Of a stretch of 64,000 nt of DNA, positions 36,201 through 47,300 are shown in pieces (positions within the stretch are counted from its first letter, which is position 1; each line of letters opens with the position of its first letter). The stretch spans positions 34,658,001 to 34,722,000 of the forward strand of contig NC_135664.1 of NCBI RefSeq assembly GCF_964188315.1, read 5' to 3'. The notes beneath the pieces were generated by a model. It was not told the origin of the DNA, did no database searches, and saw only the letters and a program-made list of their open reading frames with translations. The translations under genes were made by a program, and so were the position numbers. The DNA comes from Podarcis muralis. Its lineage: Eukaryota.

Positions 36201-39200
36201 CTAGTTATAAAGTATATGGAGTGTTTACAATTAATTTAGAGGCAACTGACAAAACAAACCTCTACTTTACTTCAGTTCCAATATTAAGTTAACATGTATT
36301 GCTGATGGTTGTAAGATTCGTAAAAACTGAGCTACTAGCACCTGGCCAGCACTAAATGTTACAGGGCATATACATAACAGCAGAGTTCTTACTAAGAAAA
36401 GGAAGGGCATCGAGTTTTGTTTGTAGCCCACTTCTGTTTAGTTTCAATTATGTCAGATACAATAAGACTTAAATATGGGACAAAAAGTTGGGATACTTAT
36501 TGGGGAGAATCTGGTGTTTTTCTATCTTTTTTGTTATTTGTGGGGGCTGGCATGTCTTTTATTGTGGAAAATTTTAACACACACACATGCATATACAGTG
36601 GTACCTTGGTTTACAACCATAATCCGTTCCGGAGGTCCGGTTGTAAACCAAAACAGGTTGTAACCCAAGGCTAGCAATTTCGCCAATGGGGCCTCCCCCC
36701 CCCAATTGGTTGTAATCCAAAAAAAGGGATACGCACTTCCGGGTTTGATGTTGTTGTAATCCAAAACGGTTGTAATCCAAAACGGTTATAATCCAAAATG
36801 GTTGCAAACCAAGGTACCACTGTATATAACATGCATCACCTTGGCCCCGTGATTGAGGGACCCTAGGGCCCTATTCGATCAATGTGGTGTGTGCCCTGTG
36901 GTGTGTGCGCATGACATCATCGTGCCCGACACATATGCCGCAGGGCATGCTGTCGCACACACCACAGTGCATGCTGATGCGTTGTTTGGATGCCTGCGGA
37001 ATGTGCCTGCTGCCACTGTCGAAATTGGGGGGACACGGCCCCCTGATTTGGAATATATGAAAGACTTAAAATACTTGTAGTCCTCAGCAGAATGCTAGCT
37101 CTGTCTTCAAAAACTGAATCACCATGAATTTATACATTTTCCTGACAGGAAAAATAATCAGTGAAGCTTGAAATAAGACATCTAAGACAGATCATTCATC
37201 AGCCAGGATTAGCAGAAATACTACTCCATTTACATGGTTCAGTGGTAGAGCACTTGCTTTGCATGCAGAAGGTCTCAGGTTCAGTCCCCAGCATCTCCAG
37301 GTAGCACTGGGAGATGCCTTTCTGAAAACTTTAGGAGTACAGAATAGGATACTTGAATATTAATCTAAGGTATAAATGTGCCTTTAGCTAAATGCCAATA
37401 AAAGTGGAGGGAGGGAGAGCAAAATCTGGAGAAAAAAATGAATGTAAGAAATGATACTGTTGAATGAAGCTTGGACTTTATATTGTATCATCAAACATGT
37501 TTTTTTCAGGTTGTTTGGGCTAATACTTATAAGATTGGCTGTGCTATTGTTCACTGTCCTGCGTCAACTAATAGCAAAGGAACCAAGACCAAGAATTTTT
37601 CATATTTCGTTTGTACTTATGGTCCACCGTAAGTTAACAAATCTTAAAGCGATCTAAACTTGTGTTACACTTAGTAATCATAAAACACCAAACTGTATGC
37701 CTGTTTGAAACTGAATGTATTAATTTTGGATTTTGTAAGCTAATTTACATTTCAATTATTTTTTAATTGAAAAGCAACCAGAAAACTTAACAGCTATGCT
37801 TTTCAGCCTTTACAATTTTAAACATTATATTCTGTGAACTAAAATATCAAGAACTGTAAAAAGTTCTCAGAACAGTTAGGAAAGCAAGAAAATGATCAGA
37901 AATAGCTTTAGTTCTGTCCCACCTGTATCTTGAACTTAAATAATGTACAGTTTTATACAATAAGCAATATTGCAAATTACAGTAGGCTGCATGATAGGCG
38001 GCATTATACTCAATTTACCATATTTTTCTAAGACTTGGTTTTTTTACCCAAAAATTAGGTTTAAAATTGGGGGTTGTCTTATACATGGGTAGTGCTGAGG
38101 GGTGTTTTCTAAATTTGGAGTCCCCAAAAATACCTGGCATCTTATACATGGGGGAGGGAGAGAGAGAGAGGGGCAGCGACCATTTTGCACAGGGGTTCTG
38201 TTCCTGGCCCCCATGCACTTTGGTGGAGCATGTATAAGCCTGCTTTGCCCTTTTCCTGATCCAAAAGGACCCACGCATTGGCGATCGTGCATCAATTGGT
38301 TGCGCACAGAATTGTCACCGCCTGTGTGTGTGTGTGTACACACATACACTTTTTACTTTGTAACACTGAATTTGTCTTTCCTTCCAGAGTTGCCTCAGCT
38401 AGTTAGCCCTCATTAACTATATGAAGCTACAACAGTTTAGTCCTGTTAGTTAGAATAGTTTAGTCCTGATGCAGCACTTTATTCTTACATAGAATCTCAT
38501 ATAACGTGCTGCCGCTTCATCCGTCTGGGAAGCAGTGGCGGAACTTCATGCTCCAACACCAGGGGGTGGAGAGCAGGCGGGGGCGGGGTTGGAGATGTCT
38601 TGTATATATATCTTAATGGTGATGTCTTGTATATTCGAAGTACAGACATCTTCTCAAAATCTCAGTATTAGAATATGAATACAAAGAGCTGCCATTACCC
38701 CACTTTTTAAAGTGTTGGGGACCCTCTTGTAAAAACACCTCAATTATTATGGAGAAAAAACAAAATTTTAAATACTTGAGGAGTGGTCAAAACAGTGGAG
38801 CATGTAGGACTTCGGTTTAAAATTAAATTTCTTCAAACACACTTATTGTACAAAAAAGTAAAATAAGATGTGGTAAGAGTATCATTTTACACGCATAAAA
38901 GCTAAAAACTAAAGTTGGGGGAAACAGAATGTTGTAATAAAGCACCAGTATATTGACACGACTAAACCACTAAACAACAACAAATATTAAAAAAAACCTC
39001 TACCTGAGCTAGGAGCTATCAGTTCTTAGTTGCAGAACAGTTTCAAAAATTATCAGTATAAATTTGTTCACTGACTGAAGAGCCAAGGCCATAGCTAGGG
39101 GGTGGTGAGGTGGGCTCTCACCAGGGGCACAGGTGAGGGGGGGCGCAAATTGTCTAAAATATGTCTATAAATTAAAATATTGATTATTGCCTCATAAGAA

Positions 39201-41536
39201 AAGGTTTTAAATAGAGGGTGAATAGAATGGGGGGGGGGGTTGGAGGAGAGGCGGAAAGAAGAACTAATTTGTCTGTGGCTAGGGGGTGCAATCTGCCAGG
39301 GGCGCAAGATCACCTAGCTACGGCTCTGTGATTCCCTAAACAAACGCTTCTATATACAAAATATTGTTTGTTAGTAACATAGAAAGTAAATGTTCTCCAG
39401 TTAATAGAAATACAGTGGTACCTCTGGATACGAACGCTTCTGGTTGCGCACTCGTCGGGTTACGAGCTGTGCTAATCTGGAAGTAGTTGCTCCTGGATGC
39501 GAACTTTGCCCCGGGATGCGAGTGGAAATTGTGTACCAGAGGCGCACGTGCGCACGCAGGAGACACACTGTCACTAATGGAGCCTCATGTTAAGAACAGT
39601 TTCAGGATAAGAACGGACCTCCGGAACGAATTAAGTTCATATCCAGACGTACCACTGTATAAATAATATTAATTTGAAAACAAATAATTACAGGGGTCAG
39701 GTAGCTGCAGGGCATAAAATACCAGTACAGTGGTACCTCGGGTTAAGAACTTTATTTGTTCTGGAGGTCCGTTCTTAACCTGAAACTGTTCTTAACTGAG
39801 GTACCACTTTAGTTAATGGGGCCTCCCGCTGATGCCGTGCCGACACCACACGATTTCTGTTCTCATCCTGAAGCAAAGTTCTTAACCCAAGGTACTATTT
39901 CTGGGTTAGCGGAGCCTGTAACCTGAAGCGTCTGTAACCCGAGGTACCACTGTACAAGGTCAGTTCCGTGGATTATCATGATGATACACAGACTAGCATT
40001 GCCTGGATAATAGCACCTGGAATGATTTGCAACTTGCTGGAACCAATAGAAAGCACAAAACATTTTGATCTTCAGTTTAATTTATGTACTGAATACATTA
40101 TTACATCCTGAAACTGTTTTTCAGGGGCAACTAGGAAATAGGAAGAAGAATGGATGTAACCTTTGTGCCACAGGCTTCCATCCATAACAAAAGTCAGATT
40201 TCTGTGCTCTGTACACACCCACCCTTCACCATCCAGATAAATAAGAAGCATGATCATAGTTCATGAACACATTACAGACAGGCAAAAACATTCGAGAGTG
40301 CAGTGCAGGGCTGGTAAGAAGAGAGAATGCAACGCTGGGGGAGTTCCAAGTACCAGATAGGCCTGGAGGTCTGCATTTAGCCCCCAGACCTAGACAACTG
40401 ATTCATTACATCTAAAACCTATTATTACATATCCAGTAGCTTGCATTTTCATTTTTAGTTTTGTGCACTTTGTGTACTGAATACATAACGTTATGCAATA
40501 TTTTGTTCTTTAGGGGCAACTACGCGGGAGTTCGTCCTTATAAAGCGGGAGCTCCATGTAGCCAGTGCCCAAAAGGAGATACTTGTAAAAAGAAACTCTG
40601 CAGTAAGTATAGAATTAAATGATGCAAACAGTCATGGAAAAGATGATGATATCAACCATCACATACAGTGAGGGGGGAAAGTATTTGATCCCCTGCTAAG
40701 TTTGCCCTCTGACGAAGAAATGACGAGTCCATAATTTTAATGGTAGGTTTATTGTAGCTGTGAGAGACAGAATAACAACAGCAGAAACCCAGAAGACAAA
40801 AGTCATGTGCAAAGGCATGTGAGTCCTTTCCATGGGAGGTAGGCAGCAGGTCAGTCCAGTTATGTAGTGCTGAGGAAAGGTGATCAGGGCAAAGCTAGTC
40901 TCTCCTTGTGTGGGGCCAGTTGTCCTTTACCAATTGCATGGGTCCTTGGCAGTGGTAGTGCTTCTCCAGGACAGGGCCCAGACTCCTTCTGCCATTTGGG
41001 GTCCTAAGCAGTTACAGGTCAAAGCCAACAGTATAAATTGAGCTTCAAAACGTAAGGTAGCCAATGTGGCCCTGTCAGAACCAGTGTTATATGACTGGTT
41101 TGTCTTAGGCCTACCAATAATCAGGCTGCTGAATTCTGAAGTAGCTTCAGTTTCTGAACAGTCTTCAATAGTCTTCAAAGGCATTTGCAGAACAAGTGCA
41201 TTACAGTTATCCTATTTTAAAGCCTTTCTTCATTTGTTATAACTATTCTCTCTTCCAGGAAATCCTGAACGTGAGAAAGAAAACAGCCTACGTATGTATT
41301 ATATATCTGTATTATAGTTTAAATTTACTTCAAGAACAAAACTCACATTTCATAAGAATGCTTTTATCTTTTTTAAAATAGGCTATTCACGATGGTATCC
41401 ACCCTTTGAATCCCGGATTATATGTGATGAATCCTGCATTGCAGTTGCAATTTTAAGACCGTTATTAATGTTTCTAGCTTTTGCAGCTGTTTATTACTTA
41501 AAACTCCGTTATCCAGGTTTAGGTTATAAAGCATAA
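33280..41536 (+). CDS. GLIPR1-like protein 2-like, tandem copy 3, 270 aa
   Basis: Exons 33280-33450, 35429-35674, 37510-37628, 40514-40602, 41259-41291 and 41382-41536. Signal peptide, GHYTQVVW, FVCTYGPPGNY, C-terminal TM; AATAAA at 41894. Confidence 0.92.
35838..36201 (-). mobile_element. Sauria SINE (near full length)
   Basis: Highly similar to 26799-27147. Confidence 0.88.
36596..36822. mobile_element. Tigger-type MITE
   Basis: TA-CAGTGGTACCTTGGTTT...AAACCAAGGTACCACTG-TA. Confidence 0.85.
37236..37320 (+). mobile_element. tRNA-derived SINE fragment (Squam3-like)
   Basis: TCAGTGGTAGAGCACTTGCTTTGCATGCAGAAGGTCTCAGGTTCAGTCCCCAGCATCTCCAGGTAG. Confidence 0.6.
39413..39657. mobile_element. Tigger-type MITE
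   Basis: TA-CAGTGGTACCTCTGGATACGAA...ATCCAGACGTACCACTG-TA. Confidence 0.85.
39728..39952. mobile_element. Tigger-type MITE (family of 10013-10238)
   Basis: TA-CAGTGGTACCTCGGGTTA...TAACCCGAGGTACCACTG-TA. Confidence 0.85.
40666..40810 (+). mobile_element. Tc1 transposon terminal fragment
   Basis: TA-CAGTGAGGGGGGAAAGTATTTGATCCCCTGC..GAAATGA..ATAATTTTAATGGTAGGTTTATT..GTGAGAGACAGAATAACAAC resembles remembered vertebrate Tc1 left ends. Confidence 0.55.
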
Positions 41537-42122
41537 TTTTTGATAGGCGTATATAACTTGAATATAACGAACAATAATATTTATAAGAATATTTTCCTGC
41601 ATTCTATATTTTAAAAGTAGATTTGGTTTGTTTCTACGATACTTCAATTTTTCTGAACTTGTAGTTACTTGTTGCATATTAATGAGTTGTAAATACTTTT
41701 AAAACTAGAATACATTAGTGTAAGTAGAATATATGGGGTGGTGTTCAACTGTGTTTTACTCAGAGTAGACTCATTTAAGTTAATGAACATGATTAAGTTA
41801 GTTTCATTAATTTTAATGGATTTATTCTGAGTAAAACTTAGCTGAATGCTATCCATGGCCATATCTAGTATGCCATGTTCAACATTAAGTGAAAATAAAG
41901 GCTAAGCATATTAAAAGAAGTTTATTTATTTATTGTATTATTTATTTTGCATGATTAACAGGATGCAATGAATGAATGAATGAATATTGATGTGATACAA
42001 TGTCACAAGGTGGTCCATCTGGCTTAACATGTTCCATATAAAGTTTTTCCCAACTTTTTACGTTCTTATCCTGTGAGCACTTTCCACTGCACTGTCCCGT
42101 GTCATTCCTTTATTTATCACAA

Positions 42123-42185
42123 AGGTTAGGTGATTAAAGTTGATTTGCTGGGAAGACCATCAAATCAACTTTAATCACCTAACCT
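42123..42185. repeat. Perfect 25-bp inverted repeat (63-nt hairpin)
   Basis: AGGTTAGGTGATTAAAGTTGATTTG / CAAATCAACTTTAATCACCTAACCT with loop CTGGGAAGACCAT. Confidence 0.9.
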
Positions 42186-43082
42186 GAATTTTCTGGTATG
42201 TGATTAGATCCCACTCAAAAATAGCAACAGTTTGAAAGAGCCCTTCATTTCTCTCTTTATGAGGTTTAGTGTGTGTGATTAGCCTAAGATTAGCCATCTA
42301 TATCGCAGAGAATCGTCTACAGTTTTTACATGAATACCAGCCTTATGTCCTATGTCTGGGGAAAATTAAGGCTTCAGAGATACTACAACCTGCTCATGTA
42401 TCAGGAAACTGTGCATATGACTATATCCTTTCTATGAACCCATCTTACAACTACAGCCAGAAAATGAGCCTCCGTGTCCATGTGTTTACTCAGATGTGAG
42501 TTGTGCTAACTTAATCAAGATTTACTCTCAAGTAATTGTGTATAAACTGCAGCTTTACAGAGCAATCCTTACTAGGTAGATTTGCTAGTGTATCTCCTGT
42601 GTATGTTCAGCTGCATCCTAACTGCTTCTGACCAGAATGTATGTGGCCAGGGAGGCAAGGTGAACTTTCATCTTCTACCCTTCTATTTACTCCTGTAGTG
42701 AATTTAGTTAAACCTGGTGGTGTATTTTATATCAAGCTGTGTAGACGAGACCAGTGAACTCAGGGAGTTCAGAAGCAGTGCAACTTTGTTTGGCCCTCAC
42801 TCCCCACCTTTGCTAAGGCCCTTTTTTTGCCTATGCCAATGTTATTTACACTGGCTTAATTTACACCAACTGGGCTTTCCCCCAGTCAGTGTAAGAAGAT
42901 ACTCTGGGGCCATCTCAAATGGTGTATCTGGGGGCTGGGATTGCACTGTAAGCAAAGTGAACACAGTGAATATTCAAAGGAATGGATTTGTGCTGAAAAG
43001 AAAAAGAAAAGACAGCAGAATGGTGTCATTGTTAATATGATTGCCTCCCCCCACTTGCCTGCCACTGTCCCTCTGTCCCTAT

Positions 43083-43313
43083 CTTTAGAAGGCACGTCGC
43101 TGGGCTCAAATGGAAATGAAGCCCAGCAAGTGCAGACTTGGTGTGTCCGTCCGTCCCCCCCGCCGCCTTTGACTTTCGCATTTTAAAAAGCGGTGGGCTA
43201 CGCGCTGCAGCACTTGCCTCGCCCTCCCTGCTCCCTCCATCCGCACCTGAGGAAAGGGTGGCGTAGCGAGCGGCGAGCTCCCCTTCGAGCGCCTTCCCCC
43301 GCCCGCCCCCCGG
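43083..43313 (-). repeat. Inverted copy of the start of copy-4 intron 1 (44565-44788)
   Basis: Reverse complement aligns over ~225 bp with a few substitutions and one small indel. Confidence 0.92.
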
Positions 43314-43767
43314 AACTTCAGGGGAACTTCCACAATAAAAAAGCCAAGCCTATCTGGAAAAGAGATTTTATTAACTAACATGTATCTTACAGTTCCCATC
43401 TGTGCTCTGATGCAGAAAGAACTACTATCTTCCAATGCCCCAATCCCAGGAGGAGGCCATTACCTCCTTCAGTGTAACCAATTCCCTCCTCAAATCAGTC
43501 TCTGGCTGGTCTGGTGCCAGTAAGCCAGTAACATTCCTGTGTTGTTCTCTCTTGGTGAGCTTCATTGCTGAACTCATCTCCTTCTCTCCCTTTCCCAATG
43601 GCGTTTGAAATGGCCCAGTGGAGCCGATGGGAAGCAACAGCACCACCACCATTGCTTCTGCTATCGACTTCAGTTTCTTGAGTGCTCTGCCCGTTGCTTT
43701 CAGTGCCTCCAGGGCTGACCATGAGGTCTCAAAGGCAGCGTACCGGACAAAAGGAACACCGTGGTTT

Positions 43768-43857
43768 CATAGCTGTCAACTTTTCCCTTTTCTTGCGAGG
43801 AATCCTATTCGGAAAAAGGGAATTTCCCTTAAAAAAAGGGAAACGTTGACAGCCATG
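43768..43857. mobile_element. 90-bp hAT-type MITE
   Basis: TIR CAT(A/G)GCTGTCAAC and 8-bp TSD CGTGGTTT. A partial relative lies at ~26362-26408. Confidence 0.85.
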
Positions 43858-44199
43858 CGTGGTTTAGATCCTGCACCACTGTTCAGACGCTAGGAGCAAC
43901 AGACTGCCAGCCACAGGACACTTGGAACAACCACCATCTTACTCCGGAAGAGTAAACTCGGTTAGAATGGCAGTGCACGGCAGCGATGAGTTGGAGGCAA
44001 TTCTAGGAGAAATTCCCTTTGAATTGAACGGAGCTGCAGACACGCGCACAGCATCAGACCAACACGCGTGGAGAGCGGGGCAGGCTGGGCTTGATTTGAG
44101 CCAAAGCTCGCGAGAGATAAACCCTGGAAGCTGAAGAACAGCAAAAGATCAGAAAACAGAGTAAGGCTAAAATCCTGTACTGTACACGCCTGGTTAGAA

Positions 44200-44357
44200 A
44201 TAAGCCCCGCAGAACGCAATGGGGTCGACTTCGGATGAAGCGTGCAGCAGACCTCGCGCGCCGACCGTTGAAGGAGAGCACCCGCGCATGCGCACCCGCA
44301 CGCACGCACGCCGAACTGGCGCTTCCGACGTGCGAGGGCGCTGCCGCCGCCGCCGCC
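44200..44357 (+). promoter_or_regulatory. CpG-island promoter of GLIPR1L2 copy 4
   Basis: CpG-rich; NRF1-type CGCGCATGCGCA at 44283-44294 and MYB-type CCGTTG at 44265-44270. Confidence 0.6.
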
Positions 44358-47300
44358 ATGCCTAGGCTGTGGCCGTGGGTGCTGCTTGGGCTCGTCGCCT
44401 TCGACGGCGCGCGCGGGAGGAAGAGGTTTCGGCCGCAGACTTACCCCGGAATTACCAACAAGACCTTTATCGGTCAGTACGTCGACATCCACAATAGGCT
44501 TCGCTCCGAAGTGCAGCCCCAGGCCGCCGACATGCTTCACATGGTGTGTGTGCCCGGAATGCGGCCGGGGGGCGGGCGGGGGAAGGCGCTCGAAGGGGAG
44601 CTCGCCGCTCGCTACGCCGCCCTTTCCTCAGGTGCGGAAGGAGGGAGCAGGGAGGGCGAGGCAAGCGCGGCAGCGCGTAGCCCACCGCTTTTTAAAATGC
44701 GAAAGTCAAAGGGGGGGGGGCGGGACACACCAAGTCTGCGCTTGCGGGGCTTCATTTCCATTTGAGCCCAGCGACGTGCCTTCTAAAGCGGCTACTGTGC
44801 CTAATTCGCAGGCTGTTGCGGATTTCGGGATTTCGCTGCGGGTATGTTTTCACTACAGTAGGAAGGTACTGGCGTGCTCAGGCCCCCGAACTTCGTGAGA
44901 GCGAGCTGTGAGGTAACTCGAGAGCCGCAGCCTTCTATTGTTCATGTGCATTTGCATTTTCCAGGGCTTAGTCCTGGCACGGAAAACATCCCAGCGCTGA
45001 AACCTATTAGACAAATGCGCTGGCCTAGGCAGGTCGACAAAATGGAAGATAGCAGGGTCCCCATAGACGTGCTCTGCGGGGAGCTGGCTTCTGGCACCAG
45101 GCCACTTGGCAGACCATCTCTGAGGTACAAAGATGGCTGCAAAGGTGACATGAAGGCCGGAAGCATCGACCTTGCCATGAGGGAATCCCTTGCAGAGGAC
45201 CGCAGTGCCTGGAGACAGGCAGCCTAAGTCATGTATCCATAGTAAGGGGGAGAAATGACCGCTGGGAGGAGCGGAGAGAGAAGAAACTCTGTGGTGCATC
45301 TCCATCTGCAGCAGCACAACTGGACGCCTTCATCTGCCCCAGCTGCAACAAAACATGTCTCTCCTGCATCAGACACTGCAATCTTGCAAGAGTTTGACCT
45401 CACCCGCAAAAGCTCACTTCTCCATTGTCTCCTGAGACAGATGAATGCCAACCAGTTAAGCCCAGACTGATGTTTGACACACTTTTAATAGCGAAGCTGA
45501 GCCAAGAATGGCACCTTCTGTGGGATAGCTATATTGGCAAAGAGGAACAAATCACACCCAAGTTACACTGGGTGAAAGTCTGCCTCTGCTGCATTCAGGA
45601 AAAGCATGCCCCCATACCTATGTAAATCTGCACCTTTGTACAACATCTTATGGGTGTTTAGAATTATAGAATTGTAGAGTTGGAACGGACCCAAAGGGTC
45701 AACTACTCCAAACCCCTGCAATCTAGGAACCAGCTTATGTCCTGCAGGACCTTCAAATGAAACTACTGTACAAATATTCACCTTCCATTTATGATAAAAG
45801 AGAAAATAGGTATTATTTGCTGAGAATAGATTACACTTCAGTTGCTTTGGCAAATGTGTTATTTTGCTGATACATTTTAAAATAATCATAGTGCATTGCT
45901 GATAAATAATAGCAATTATTATAGCACCATCTAAAACAAACTTTTCATTTGGTGACACACTTCTTAGACATGCATTATTACGTCACACAGTAATTCAGTT
46001 CAATTAGCAAACCAGAGGTTAAACTACTAAACCCTTTCCAGCCCCAGGAGAAACACGGGGAACATTTGTGCAACATACCTACACACTGCAGCCAACGCAC
46101 TAATGTGTTGTGACACACAGTTTGGAAAGGTCTGATCTAAAACATGAGGTGGCAGGTCTATAACCCAAGGGGCTTACAATCTGAAAACACACACAAAGGA
46201 AATTACAGAGGTAGGAGAGAGAAATACAGTAGAGGCAGCTGTAAGTGTAAAGTATATTAGTTCACTAATAATGTGTATTTAGACTTGCCTGTAACGGTAG
46301 GATATTGGAACTAGGGAGTTGTTTCAAAAGCTAAAAAGGCTATTCAAAATGTATATCCTGTCATTCCGCTAAATGGCTACAATATGGCTACAAATCTGTT
46401 CCATACAGTAAAATCACAGCAAACCCAAATTTATCAAATAGTAAAAATACAATCAAAAATACATTAAATTTAGAACGAAAAAGTAGCAGACAACCTCCTA
46501 ATTATTTTGTCCTCTGCTTGTTTATTTTAAAGCATTTATGAATCACTTTAATATTTTAAGCTCTCCCAACTGTATACAGAAATATGACATAAAAACAATA
46601 TCATAAAAACAGTAATTCAGTAGTAACAGGATGCAAGATTACACTTTGTATATGATGGCAGAAGGAAAGACATTCCAGAGAGTGTAAGGGCAATGATGGA
46701 AAATGTCTGCTCTTGGGTCACCACCTTGTTAAAGTCTGTTGGGTGCGTTGCTAAGAATAATAATTCTTAAAATTCCACTGTCGAACAGCTCTTACTGTCA
46801 GGAAGTTCTTCCTAATGTTTAGGTGGAATCTTCTTTCTTGTAGTTTGGATCCATTGCTCCGTGTCTGCTTCTCTGGAGCAGCAGAAAACAACCTTTCTCC
46901 CTCCTCTATGTGACATCCTTTTATATATTTGAACATGGCTATCATATTACCCCTTAACCTCCTCTTCTCCAGGCTAAACATGCCCAGCTCCCTTAGCCGT
47001 TCCTCATAAGGCATCGTTTCCAGGCCTTTGACCATTTTGGTTGCCCTCCTCTGGACACGTTCCAGTTTGTCAGTGTCCTTCTTGAACTGTGGTGCCCAGA
47101 ACTGGACACAGTACTCCAGGTGAGGTCTGACCAGAGCAGAATACAGTGGCACTATTACTTCCCTTGATCTAGATGCTATACTCCTATTGATGCAGCCCAG
47201 AATTGCATTGGCTTTTTTAGCTGCCGCGTCACACTGTTGGCTCATGTCAAGTTTGTGGTCAACCAAGACTCCTAGATCCTTTTCACATGTACTGCTCTCA

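Noticed and set aside
36845-37060. GC-richer segment with a 75-aa ORF in copy 3 intron 2
   Set aside because: Lies among MITEs and SINEs, has no splice context or homology; probably a repeat fragment.
15076-41536. Copies 1-3 all encode exactly 270 aa (813 nt) despite different exon lengths
   Set aside because: Curious, but compensating indels in the signal peptide, loops and tail have no plausible joint constraint; treated as coincidence.
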